Source of the DNA: an uncultured archaeon
GTDB taxonomy: Archaea > Iainarchaeota > Iainarchaeia > Iainarchaeales > Iainarchaeaceae
Length of the DNA: 32,000 nt
Reading direction: 5' to 3'
Assembly (NCBI GenBank): GCA_964577555.1
Contig: CAZNZM010000003.1
Coordinates: 92,915 to 124,914 of the forward strand
The notes below the pieces were generated by a model. That model ran no database searches. It had not been told where the DNA came from and saw nothing but the letters and a program-made list of their open reading frames with translations. The position numbers were made by a program, and so were the translations under genes. This document shows, one piece after another, positions 1 through 9,813 of this stretch. Numbering within the stretch: position 1 is the stretch's first letter; each line of letters opens with the position of its first letter.

Positions 1-335
1 TATGAAGATAAAAAACAGTGTGAATAGTAGTATTAAAAGTATTAAAATGTTGATTGCTATGTTGTTTTTTTTTGGTTGGGTTTTTAATTGTTCATTTGGA
101 TAAGTCATATTATAGGAACTACTGATGCTTAATTAATTTTTTCGTATTTTGGCGTTTTGCATGGATTTTTTGTTTTTGGTTTTTATAAAGTGTTTTGTTG
201 CTTGAGCTAATACAAACCATTTTTTTTATTTTTTTTTATGTTTTTTTTTTAATTTTGTGTTTTGGTTGTTATGGTTGGTTAAGCTAGTTTTTTTTGTTGT
301 TTTAAATCAAGGTTTGTTGGTCTTTTTATTTTTTT

Positions 336-3300
336 TTAATTTGAAAAGCATGTGTTGGCGTTGAATCCTTCGTTGGATAGGTTGTTTAGTTTGTCTCTGA
401 AATTAGAGATTATTTCTTGTTCGTTCCAGTATATTCCTACGTTTAGAGGTGCTTTTGAGTATCCTTGTTCGATTGTTCCGTATGCTATGCATGTTTGTTC
501 GTTTTCTATTTTGTTTAATGTATCGCTTATTGTCCATAATGCTTGGCTTGGGTTGTCGAGTGTGATTTCAGTATCTGTTCCTTTTATGTATCTTGCACCG
601 CTGATATTTCCATTGTCATTTAATGTTGGAACGTATATTACTCCTTGGTTTTGGCAGGCGTTTTTTATTCTTATTTGGTCGCCTTTACTTGGGGCATAAA
701 GTATTGTTTCAAGAGCAATGTCGTTTTTGGAAGTGCTTTCCCTTCCAAATACATATATTACGCGTGTGTTTTCCAATTCTTTGGCTATGTCGCATTTTGG
801 GCCAGTGTATGAGCTTAGTTGTGAGTCTGTTCCTATTAGTTCTGGCAATGGTTTTCGAGTGTCAAGATCGTTGCATATCGGGGTTTCATCTTTTAGATAT
901 GCTATTTCCACTAGCCTTGCAAGACTTGGGCCTGCATCTATGCTTCCTTTGCTATCTTTTATAATGTATCCCATGGCGTTTTTTTTGCCATCGTTTTCTG
1001 CTTTGAAAATTATTGGTATTGGCAGCGAGGCAGCGAATGTCATGGAGTATTCTGGGGTTTGGTTGTTTGTTTCTTTTTTTGAGATTGAAAGTATTTTTCC
1101 TGGTTCGTTTTTGCTTAAACTTATAAAGTCGTTTTTGCGTTCTACTTCAATTATTGCAATTGGTTTGGAGTCGTTTGTTGTTGGAATTGTATAAACGTCA
1201 AAGTCGTGCCTTTCGTTCAATATAAAAAATGGGACTTGGCTGTTTTGGTTTTTTAGTTTGAAGCCAACTCCGTAGCCGTCTCTATGCAATACGTCTCCGG
1301 TTTTTCCAACGTAGGCGTCGATTGGCAGATAGTATAGCAGGTTTGCTGGGAATTCTTCGTCAGTTATTTTTGTGAATTTGACTAATATTTTTGCTTTTGG
1401 GTTTCCTTCATTATCAAATAATTTTTGGAATTTTGAATCGTCCAATTCAAACGAAATTGTAATCAAGTATTTTCCTGGTTGGAGTATTGGTTCTGGCGTT
1501 GAGAATACAAGCCTTGTTTGGTCTTTGAAATATTTGTCCCAGGACATTTGTTTGGCGTTTCCTGTAGTATAGTATTTGATTATTTGTGCTTGGTTGTCAA
1601 AAAATCGTTCACGCATAAAGGCGTCAAAGTCGTTTCTGAAGTCTTGAGAAAAGCCGTCTCGCATCATATAAACTGGGAAAGATAGTTTAGAATTGGCTTG
1701 TGCAATGTTTCCTTCAGATATTAAATCGTTTATTGTGTTGAGTTTTTTTATTAGCATTATTGAAAATTGTGTTGAATCGCATACGTTATAATTGCCTAAA
1801 TTGTCTGGAGAACAAAAGTTTTCTGAAATGTTGTTGGGTCTCCATTCGTATTTTATTTTTGGTTTTACGTCTTTGCCTGTAAATGCAGTATTTCTGCCTG
1901 TTGAAATAATAGAGCCATCAAGTTCTCGGCATATGCCTGCTGAAACGGCTTTGATTTCAATCATGTATTTTTCCTTGTCAATCCAAGCCAAATTTGTATT
2001 TGTTATTATTGGCTCGTCAGTTATTACTTTTCTTGAAGATGTTCTTCCGTAAACTCTTGCACTGTTTGGGTTTTCTTGTATTATAAAAATTTCGGTGTCG
2101 TTGCTTGCTATTCTTTGTCCTAAAGTGTTAGTAGTGAATTTTTCTCTTGTTAATGTATTTGTGAAGCTGACTTTTCCGATTGTGAAAGAAACCATGCCGT
2201 GGTTGCCAATTGGAAGTTCAGGTGAGAACAAGCCAAGGTCTTTTGTACCTTCAAAAATATTGATTGTTGCTTTTTGTAATGGTGTTTCGGCTTTTGTATA
2301 GCTTTGAGGTCCAAAAGAGATGTCAATAATTCTGTCTTGAACTGTTTCTCCGTCAAAAGTTTTTCCTATGCGAAAGAAATCGCTTTTGTAATTGTTGCCT
2401 ATACTTGGATCATTTACTCCTATTATGCCTTCCATTTTCCAAGTGTAATTTTTGAATGTTTTGCCTTCTGGGTCTATTTCCCCTGGAACAGTGAATTCTG
2501 CTAATAGTGATTCTTCTATGTCGCCTGTGTGTGAATTATTGTAATATTTGAGTGTTTCTGGTTTGTTGCATGCGTCGCCAGAATTTGGAACGGCTACGCT
2601 GTGAAAGCTTCTTGACACCACTAGTCTTCCTGTTTCGTCATAAATTTCAAAGAAATGAACTGGGACGCCGTATGATGTTGTTTCGGGGCTGTCGTTGCAG
2701 AATTGTGCGTAATATTTTTTTCCAGGTTCTACTTGGAAACTTCCTGTTTTTAAAAATGGGGTGATTGCAATTGCGTTTACCGTGAATTCCACGTCCATAT
2801 TGATTGGCTCTATTTTTTTTCTTGAATCGGCTGTTTTTACCCCGTATATGTCTGAATATGTTATTTTTAGGGATAGTTGTTCTTGTTGTGGTGAAACGTT
2901 TGGTCTTTGAGCTGTTGCTTTCATTTTCAAAATATAACTTGCGTTTCTGCCTAATTCCAAACCTGGTTTGAAATCTGGAAAACTGCAATCTTTCAAATAC
3001 CCTCGCGAACCTCCGGTGCTGCAAAAACCTTCTGCGGGTTCCACGCTGTCTATTTTTATATCTACGTTGCTTTCATTTTTTACTTCCCAGAAGAAATTCA
3101 CTTCTTTTTCCGTTTCGTTTCCCCAAATGCTTTTAAGCAATCCTATTGTGTTGCTTTTTGCTGGTTTTATGCTTATTTGTCCTGGCACTACTATTATTTG
3201 TATATCCGCGTATTTTACCCAGTCATTAGGGTTTGTCGGATTTGCATTTATTTTTCTTGTGTATTCTATTCTGAAATCATATGTTCCGGCTTGGTTGAAA

Positions 3301-3704
3301 GGCAATGATTCCAAATAATCAGTTTTGATTCCATGCAATACGTTTCCTCCGTCGCATGCTTCGGCGTTTGTAATTTCATAGCCTTTTATCCATTCTTCTT
3401 CGGTTCCAAGCCCTGTTATTTTTACGACTTTTAAAGGCATTTTGACTTCTCTTCTTGCGCCATCCACGCATTGGTCTATGTATGTTGAAATGTTTGTCAG
3501 TTTTAGTTTTGTTCCTTCTGGCACAACAAATGTGCGTTTATTGTTGTTGGATGTTATTTCTTTGAATTCAGGTGTAAAAGTTATTGTCATGGATGGCGAT
3601 GTATTGATTTCAAAGTAATGGCAGTGCCTGCCTGCAAAAACAGGTGAAGAAAATAGCGTTAGGATTATTGGCAATAATAATGCAATTGCTTCAAAGCGTT
3701 TCAT
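336..3704 (-). CDS. Very large secreted surface/extracellular protein with N-terminal signal peptide, unknown function
   Basis: Open ORF 336..3731. Preferred start at 3704 (MKRFEAIALLLPIILTLFSSPVFAG: charged N-terminus, hydrophobic core, likely signal peptide). A GGAGG Shine-Dalgarno lies just upstream on the minus strand (GCAAGGAGGCAAAAAAATG). No recognised catalytic motif. Confidence 0.85.
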   Translation of the reverse strand: MKRFEAIALLLPIILTLFSSPVFAGRHCHYFEINTSPSMTITFTPEFKEITSNNNKRTFVVPEGTKLKLTNISTYIDQCVDGARREVKMPLKVVKITGLGTEEEWIKGYEITNAEACDGGNVLHGIKTDYLESLPFNQAGTYDFRIEYTRKINANPTNPNDWVKYADIQIIVVPGQISIKPAKSNTIGLLKSIWGNETEKEVNFFWEVKNESNVDIKIDSVEPAEGFCSTGGSRGYLKDCSFPDFKPGLELGRNASYILKMKATAQRPNVSPQQEQLSLKITYSDIYGVKTADSRKKIEPINMDVEFTVNAIAITPFLKTGSFQVEPGKKYYAQFCNDSPETTSYGVPVHFFEIYDETGRLVVSRSFHSVAVPNSGDACNKPETLKYYNNSHTGDIEESLLAEFTVPGEIDPEGKTFKNYTWKMEGIIGVNDPSIGNNYKSDFFRIGKTFDGETVQDRIIDISFGPQSYTKAETPLQKATINIFEGTKDLGLFSPELPIGNHGMVSFTIGKVSFTNTLTREKFTTNTLGQRIASNDTEIFIIQENPNSARVYGRTSSRKVITDEPIITNTNLAWIDKEKYMIEIKAVSAGICRELDGSIISTGRNTAFTGKDVKPKIKYEWRPNNISENFCSPDNLGNYNVCDSTQFSIMLIKKLNTINDLISEGNIAQANSKLSFPVYMMRDGFSQDFRNDFDAFMRERFFDNQAQIIKYYTTGNAKQMSWDKYFKDQTRLVFSTPEPILQPGKYLITISFELDDSKFQKLFDNEGNPKAKILVKFTKITDEEFPANLLYYLPIDAYVGKTGDVLHRDGYGVGFKLKNQNSQVPFFILNERHDFDVYTIPTTNDSKPIAIIEVERKNDFISLSKNEPGKILSISKKETNNQTPEYSMTFAASLPIPIIFKAENDGKKNAMGYIIKDSKGSIDAGPSLARLVEIAYLKDETPICNDLDTRKPLPELIGTDSQLSSYTGPKCDIAKELENTRVIYVFGRESTSKNDIALETILYAPSKGDQIRIKNACQNQGVIYVPTLNDNGNISGARYIKGTDTEITLDNPSQALWTISDTLNKIENEQTCIAYGTIEQGYSKAPLNVGIYWNEQEIISNFRDKLNNLSNEGFNANTCFSN

Positions 3705-5406
3705 TTTTTTGCCTCCTTGCAGACAAAGCAATTAGAACTAATAAGACAATTATGATTGCGGCAAGTATGATAAATTCAAATTGAACACTGAATTGTTCTT
3801 TGTAATTTTCAATTTGTGTGCTTGATTCTTCTTCACATGTTCCTTTACAGCAAATTCCTTTTTCTGATGCAATGTCAATTTTGTTTCCGTTGCATTTTGT
3901 GTTTGATTCGCAAAGCACTCCGCCAAGTTCGTTGCACGATTTTGGTTTTTCAACTGTTAAATCTATTTCTTTTGATATTTGTTTGTTGTTTTTGAAGTCG
4001 TTTACAAGCACTAAATATTTTTTTCTTTCAATTGGGTAATATTTTTCAAGGCAATTGCCGGAATCGAAAGATTCATAATATCTTTCTAGGGAATTTTCTG
4101 CTTCAACAACCGAAATTGACAAATTAATGTCTTCTTCGTTGCCGTTTGCTGCAAAGCCGCAAGCCTTTATTTTGAGTTCTGATGGCTCTGAAAAAATCGT
4201 TTCAAGCCTGATTTCTCCCTTTTTTCCGTTATAATCTGTTTCTATTGGAAATATTTCAAAGCAATACTTGTCGTGGGTTGTGTTGTCTTTTTCTATTGCG
4301 CTGCATACTGTGAATTTTTGGTATGCCAAATCAGGCGTGAAATTTGCGTTTATTTCTTTTTCAATTTCTTTGAATTTTAAAGCAGGTATGTGTTGTTTTC
4401 CTTCGAATATTTTTTTTGCGTCTTTTTCTATCCAAATTGAAACGTTGAAATCGTAAAAATCCGGTTTTGTGTAATGGTCCGGAGAAGAGCCTATTAATGC
4501 ATAAATTTTGACTGGTTTGTTTGGTTTTAATTCATCTCCATAAAAAGCCATTTTTTTTATTTTTGCGGTGGGTCCTTCAACTATTGCTCTATTTCTGTAA
4601 AGCGAGATTGTTTTGCCGTCTTTGTCCATTAACTCTATTCTGATTGCGTATGCGCCTGGCATTGCTGGTGCTTTGAGTGTTAAATTGACTTGTTTTTCTT
4701 CGTTGGCTTCCAATTCAAGGTTTGTTTTTGCTTCTGTTAAAAATTTTTCGCATGCTGTGTCGTCCCAATCGCATAAACCAGTCCAAAGAACAAGGTTTTG
4801 TAATTTTTGATTTGACTGGTTTTTCAAGAAAATTTTACCTTCAATGTTTTGTTCTGGTTTAACCCAAGTTCCGATTGGTCCTGTGTCTCCGTTGAATTCT
4901 GTTTTTGTTCTTATTATGGTTGCGTTAGGGAAAGAGCCTGTTCCTTGTACTTTGAATTCTTTTTCAACAGGGTTGAGGAAAATATGAGGTATTCCGGTTA
5001 TTGGGGATCTTTTTGTTTTGAAGTATGCTAAAATAGTGTAAGTTCCTTCTTTGATATCTTTTGGCAGTGGGATTTCAAATGGGATTTTTTTTTCTTGGTT
5101 GGGCAACAATGCTATTGGGAACTTTTTTTCAAGGAAAATGTTTCCATTGTCTGAGAGTTGGGATGGATAACTTATGCTGCCTTTTGGTCCTGAAGCGATT
5201 TCTACAATTATTTCAGAATCATAAAATCCTGCTGAATCAGAATTGCCTGCTCTAAAATATCCTTTTAAATTTTCTCCCGCCTTGAGATTGTCTTTTTCAA
5301 GGTTTATTTCTACAAATCCTGTAAAAAATATGCTGGCTGATTGGGTTGGCATTGCCGAGAGAATCAGGATTATAATGCACATTGTTTTTGCAAAATAGGT
5401 TGCCAC
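3691..5406 (-). CDS. Secreted protein with CARDB/NEW3-like beta-sandwich segments and a C-terminal transmembrane helix
   Basis: 571-aa ORF with GTG start directly abutting the upstream gene stop. Hydrophobic N-terminal segment (MCIIILILSAMPTQSA). C-terminal TM (FEFIILAAIIIVLLVLIALSA-like) followed by RRQK. Repeated segments such as LKAGENLKGYFRAGNSD and PGTYTIL/PGAYAIRIEL-type turns resemble CARDB/NEW3 domains. AAGGAG Shine-Dalgarno upstream. Overlaps the next gene start by 14 nt. Confidence 0.82.
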   Translation of the reverse strand: MATYFAKTMCIIILILSAMPTQSASIFFTGFVEINLEKDNLKAGENLKGYFRAGNSDSAGFYDSEIIVEIASGPKGSISYPSQLSDNGNIFLEKKFPIALLPNQEKKIPFEIPLPKDIKEGTYTILAYFKTKRSPITGIPHIFLNPVEKEFKVQGTGSFPNATIIRTKTEFNGDTGPIGTWVKPEQNIEGKIFLKNQSNQKLQNLVLWTGLCDWDDTACEKFLTEAKTNLELEANEEKQVNLTLKAPAMPGAYAIRIELMDKDGKTISLYRNRAIVEGPTAKIKKMAFYGDELKPNKPVKIYALIGSSPDHYTKPDFYDFNVSIWIEKDAKKIFEGKQHIPALKFKEIEKEINANFTPDLAYQKFTVCSAIEKDNTTHDKYCFEIFPIETDYNGKKGEIRLETIFSEPSELKIKACGFAANGNEEDINLSISVVEAENSLERYYESFDSGNCLEKYYPIERKKYLVLVNDFKNNKQISKEIDLTVEKPKSCNELGGVLCESNTKCNGNKIDIASEKGICCKGTCEEESSTQIENYKEQFSVQFEFIILAAIIIVLLVLIALSARRQKNETL

Positions 5407-8400
5407 TTAATCAACTCCTTTATAGTAATCTTCAATTGTAATTAAAAAGAATGGATCTTCTAGGTTGTTTGTCAGGCCTGTGTTGGAAAGTATCAGTATT
5501 TCTTCTCTTGAGTTTGGGGTTTTGTTTATTTGCAATGGTGTTATATTGAGTTTTCTTGTGAATTTGTTGGCAAGGTCATTGTAAGGGTATGATTTGTTCA
5601 GGTTGTTTTCAGCTGGATCTTCTAGGCCTGTGTATGCTTTGTTTATTATGGCTACTTTCTCTTTGCCGTTTAAGAAGTCAAGCGTGTATTTGTTGTTGAG
5701 TTCGTCGCCCGCAAGCATTTCTGGGTTAATGCGTGTTATTACTAGTCTTGCTGTTTCGTCGTTAATTATAACTTTTACTATTCCTGCTCTATAAATTTTT
5801 GTTTCGCCTTTGTATTTTGCCAAAACATAAATCGGGTGTATCCCTAATTGCTTATTGGATGATACGTTGAAAGTCGCTTTGTTTCCAGGTGTTAGCGTAA
5901 TAGGTTCTGATTCGTTTAATGTTTCCGAAAGCCTTGTTATTGAATCTTTTATCACTATGTCGCTTTCCGTGTCTTTTGCAAGTTTTATTTCTATTTCTTT
6001 TTCGCATTCGTTTTGTATATTAAAATTGGTTGTATTTTTTCTTTGTATTTGAAGGATTAATTCATTTTCTATTTCTGGTGTTTCATTGTTTTCTTTTGAA
6101 AATTTTACGCATTGTATTGTTTCTTTTTGCGGCAAAGGGATTGACACGGTTTGCAATTCTGCGCTTGCGGTTTTATAATTTGGCAGTTTTTCAGCTTTAA
6201 CAATTATTTTTTTGCCGCTTTCAAAAGGCGGCACCGTCAAATTTACTATTCCTGAATTGTTTGTCAGGTAATTTGTGTTTTTTGATATTTGCGTGTCCGG
6301 GTCTTGAGGGTTTTCATACATTTTTATTTCGGCTTCGTTTATTGGGTTGTTTCTTTCATCTTTTGCGGTGGCAAGAACCATTGTTGTTATTCCTGCAGTG
6401 ATTGTAGTTGGTTGCAGTGTCAGTAAAATGTTTTTTAATCCTTCAACTGCTAAATTGGCTATAAATGTGTCTCCTTTGGTTCCAAGGTTCAAGCTTAAAT
6501 TCAAGTCTGCTTCTTGCAAAGGTTTTTTTGCAACGAATTCAACTCTGTATTCTTGTCCTGTTATTTGTTGGTTTGCGCCGAATTCTCCTATTGTTCTCTC
6601 GTTTCCAACAGTTATTTCAAGGGGGTTTAAAGCGTTTTTGTTTTTTACTGTCATTTTGACGTTTGAATAGCTTTTTCCTGATAAATTCAAAAGCGAGTAT
6701 GTTAACGTATATGTTTTTCCTTCAAGCAGCTTGTAAATTTTTTGTTCTTCCAGCGGAATGGTTCTTTCTTCATCAATCAAATTTACTGATGTGAAAACGA
6801 TTCCGCAATTAGATTTGCATATTGGGGCATCAAGTCTTGCACTCCAAAAATATAATTCTCTTGGTTTTGGTTTAAATGTTTCAACACCGTTAATTGTTCC
6901 TTTTGCACCCCAGCGCATTTCTATGATTGTATCTGGTTTTTGTGTTTCTGGAATTTCTTTTATTTTTACTGCCGCTGAAATTATGTAAGTGGTTTTTTCG
7001 GATGTGCCTAATGAAATTACTGCTTGTTTAGCGTCGCCAGAGGTTATGGAACAATCAGCATAGTCGTTTTCAGGGTTGAAGCATCCTGAATAAACCACTT
7101 CTGTTGATGCCGCATTTATTCCTGTTATTACTATTTTGCTGTCATTGGAGTTTGTTTGGTTTTGAAGCCCGGCTCTGAAAACCGCTTTGAGGTTTTCTAT
7201 TTTGTCTCCTGTTTGAAGCCTGAATTTGAAAACGTATTTTTTTCCTGATTCTATTTTGTCTGCAATTCTTCCATCTTCTTTGAAAACGTTTTCCAATTCT
7301 ATTTTGAATTCTGGATTTGCTGGGGGTTCTGGCAGTTTGACAAGTGTTACTGTTTCTATTTTTTTTACGTCTGGTTCTATTGTTATTTGTCCTGTTTCAG
7401 TTTTCAAATACCCGTTTTTTTGTATTATTAGTTTTGGTTTTGCATCTACTTTGAATTTTACTGATTCTGTCAATCCGTTGTTTTGAGTGATTTTTTTGGC
7501 TAGTTCTTTTCCGTTTATTGAATCTATGAAACTGACGTTTGCACTTTGCACTGCTTTGCCGTCAACGTCAACTACTTTGACTGCCAATTCGCCGTTAGCC
7601 AGTACAATGGTTATTGGCAATTCTAGAGTTCTGCCTGGTCTGAGGTCTGCTTTTGCCGATTTGCCTGTGTTTTTTGCACCATCCACGTATTTCACTGCTT
7701 CTGCGTAATAATTGCCCGGTGGCATGTTGTTTGCTTCAAATATTCCGTTTGAATCGGTTTCGCCTTCAACGAAAATAATTGGGTTGGATTTTTCATAAAT
7801 AGCCACGCTTGCGTTTGGTACGCTCTTTCTTGAATAGTCATTGACAATTACTTTGATTTTGCCCGAGTTAGATTGTTCAGCTTTTTCGATTTTGATTTCT
7901 TGCGGCTGTGTGCTGTCAATTGGTTTGAGATCTAAATGCGGTATTATTTTTCTGACATATTCTGGGTGGCTTGCTATTGCTGAATAGTTTTTGTCAGGTT
8001 CCAGGTTTATGAAAGAGACAATTCCGTCAGAGCCAGATGTTTTTAATACGCCTGAGTTTTGCAAGCCGATTATTAGGTTTGTATTGACTCCTTCTACTGC
8101 TGTTGAGGATTTTTTGTCAATAAATTTCAAGAGTGCCTTTTTTGCATTGTTTGGTTTTTCCAAGAGTATTTCTATTGTTTTTGTGTTTCCTTCTGAAAAT
8201 TCAGCAGCTCCTATTGTGAATTCGTTGCTTTGTCCTATTGTATAACCTGTGTTTTCTGGAGGAATTGCTTCTGCAATATAAGTTCCGAGTGGGACGTTTG
8301 GAATTATTTTGGATCCGCTGTCGTCTGTGTAGCCTCCGTCAATTATTGTTATGCCGTTAGATTTTATTTTGATTTTTGTTCCGCCTATGCCTGTAAGCAG

Positions 8401-9315
8401 TGTTTTGTCTTTGACGCTGACTCTTAAAGTTGCATTGATTTTCTTTTTTGAAAGCCTGATTACTTTTGTCCCTTCAAATGATGCCAAGTCGATTAATTCT
8501 CTTGCATCGTTGAAACCGGTTGCAGAAACATTTATTGTGAGCATTCCGCAATTTGATTGCACTGAAATCCTGTGGTTTGGTCCGTTGCCTCTTATTGGCG
8601 AGGGTGAAATTCCTGAATTGTTGCATGAAAATGTAAGGCTTACATTGACGTTTGGCGCTATTAGATTGCGCTCCTCGTCCCTTAGCTCTATTCCTATTTG
8701 TTTCACTTTTGTTTCTTCGTATTTTTTGAGTTTTATGCGGTAAAGTTTTTCAGGTTGTATATCCAATACATCGGCGTATTTTTTGAATCTGTTGTCATCA
8801 ACCGAAACATTGATTTTTTTTCCGTAAAATTCGGTTGTGAATTCCCCGCTTGCATTTGTTTTTTTTGTTTCAGTTTTTTTTCCAAGAGAAAAATTAACTG
8901 ATATGTCTTTGACTGGCTTGTTTGCTTCATCGGTTACGATGAATTTTGCCGGGCTTTTTGTAAAACCGAAAAATTTCAATATTGGGTCAAAAATCGTTTT
9001 TAAGATGTTGCCAATGGGTTCAAGTGGCCCGCCTTTTTCGAATAATTTTATTATTGGCGAAAGTGTTTCTGCAATGAATTTTACAACTGGTTCAAGTGGT
9101 CCGCCGTGTCCGCCAAAAAATAGAAGCAGAAGCAAAGAAACTACGAAAAGAAAAAATAGGATTACTAGTATGAATGATGGAAAGTATTTGTCAATTGGGT
9201 CGATTATATTGTATATTGGGATTTTTTCGTTTGCTTTGTCAAGTAGTTCATAATACTTGTCTTCAAAAAAATAATAAACTTCTTTGATTTGTTGTATAAG
9301 GTCCTCCAATGCCAC
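5407..9315 (-). CDS. Giant membrane-anchored protein with multiple tandem carboxypeptidase-regulatory/Ig-like beta-sandwich domains
   Basis: 1302-aa ORF. Single N-terminal TM (PSFILVILFFLFVVSLLLLLFF) followed by repeated modules with the D..G.P(V/I)..A.V......(T/E).(S/T)(D/N)..G......(L/V)PPG.Y pattern (e.g. DYSRKSVPNASVAIYEKSNPIIFVEGETDSNGIFEANNMPPGNYYAEA). Confidence 0.85.
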   Translation of the reverse strand: MALEDLIQQIKEVYYFFEDKYYELLDKANEKIPIYNIIDPIDKYFPSFILVILFFLFVVSLLLLLFFGGHGGPLEPVVKFIAETLSPIIKLFEKGGPLEPIGNILKTIFDPILKFFGFTKSPAKFIVTDEANKPVKDISVNFSLGKKTETKKTNASGEFTTEFYGKKINVSVDDNRFKKYADVLDIQPEKLYRIKLKKYEETKVKQIGIELRDEERNLIAPNVNVSLTFSCNNSGISPSPIRGNGPNHRISVQSNCGMLTINVSATGFNDARELIDLASFEGTKVIRLSKKKINATLRVSVKDKTLLTGIGGTKIKIKSNGITIIDGGYTDDSGSKIIPNVPLGTYIAEAIPPENTGYTIGQSNEFTIGAAEFSEGNTKTIEILLEKPNNAKKALLKFIDKKSSTAVEGVNTNLIIGLQNSGVLKTSGSDGIVSFINLEPDKNYSAIASHPEYVRKIIPHLDLKPIDSTQPQEIKIEKAEQSNSGKIKVIVNDYSRKSVPNASVAIYEKSNPIIFVEGETDSNGIFEANNMPPGNYYAEAVKYVDGAKNTGKSAKADLRPGRTLELPITIVLANGELAVKVVDVDGKAVQSANVSFIDSINGKELAKKITQNNGLTESVKFKVDAKPKLIIQKNGYLKTETGQITIEPDVKKIETVTLVKLPEPPANPEFKIELENVFKEDGRIADKIESGKKYVFKFRLQTGDKIENLKAVFRAGLQNQTNSNDSKIVITGINAASTEVVYSGCFNPENDYADCSITSGDAKQAVISLGTSEKTTYIISAAVKIKEIPETQKPDTIIEMRWGAKGTINGVETFKPKPRELYFWSARLDAPICKSNCGIVFTSVNLIDEERTIPLEEQKIYKLLEGKTYTLTYSLLNLSGKSYSNVKMTVKNKNALNPLEITVGNERTIGEFGANQQITGQEYRVEFVAKKPLQEADLNLSLNLGTKGDTFIANLAVEGLKNILLTLQPTTITAGITTMVLATAKDERNNPINEAEIKMYENPQDPDTQISKNTNYLTNNSGIVNLTVPPFESGKKIIVKAEKLPNYKTASAELQTVSIPLPQKETIQCVKFSKENNETPEIENELILQIQRKNTTNFNIQNECEKEIEIKLAKDTESDIVIKDSITRLSETLNESEPITLTPGNKATFNVSSNKQLGIHPIYVLAKYKGETKIYRAGIVKVIINDETARLVITRINPEMLAGDELNNKYTLDFLNGKEKVAIINKAYTGLEDPAENNLNKSYPYNDLANKFTRKLNITPLQINKTPNSREEILILSNTGLTNNLEDPFFLITIEDYYKGVD

Positions 9316-9384
9316 GAAAAAACCCCGCTTTTATTTTGGACTCTTAAATAAAGGGTTATAAAGTATTTAAAGTAATTTATGGTT

Positions 9385-9780
9385 GTTTAATAGCTTAAAA
9401 ATCGTTTTTTCTTTGTTTTACGTTATTTAAGTCATTTTTTTCACTTTTAAAAAAATCAAAATTTTTGTTGTCTATTTTGGTAGTCGGCTTTTGGAATTTT
9501 TTTCGCCAAGCCAATTTTTGTATTTTTTTTGTCTTTGGTTTGGTTTTTTTTTGCGAGCCATTTTTTTTTAGTCATGTTTATTTTTTTTTTAATTAAAATT
9601 GTTTTGTTTTTTTTTGATTTTTTTTTATTTTGATATTTGCGGACTTTTTTTGTCATTTTTTTTGTTTTTGCCCTGTTTTTTTTGTTATCTGATTTTTTTA
9701 TTTTTTAATTTTTGAATTTTTTTTTAGATACAGATTATTTTTTTGTCTTTGTCTTGCTTTTTTGTTGTTTTTCAAACTAA
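9385..9780. repeat. Low-complexity T/G-polarised spacer, family member
   Basis: Plus strand is overwhelmingly T with interspersed G. Contains GCCAAGCCAA (9505-9514) and GCGAGCCA (9553-9560) words shared with the other spacers. Confidence 0.75.
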
Positions 9781-9783
9781 ACT

Positions 9784-9793
9784 TTTTTATATT
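9784..9793 (+). promoter_or_regulatory. Putative archaeal TATA box for the GH130 gene
   Basis: TTTTTATATT centred about 25 nt upstream of the ATG at 9814, spacing expected for a short-leader or leaderless archaeal transcript. Confidence 0.5.
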
Positions 9794-9813
9794 TTAATAT
9801 CCTAGTTAATGAA

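Noticed and set aside
9456-9656. Lysine-rich minus-strand ORF (MTKKVRKYQNKKKSKKNKTILIKKK...KKWLAKKNQ)
   Set aside because: It is a by-product of T-tracts read on the reverse strand. The KKWLAKK phrase is only the translation of the TTTTGCGAGCCATTTTTT word that recurs in other spacers, with no consistent reading frame or start signal. A degenerate gene remnant cannot be fully excluded.
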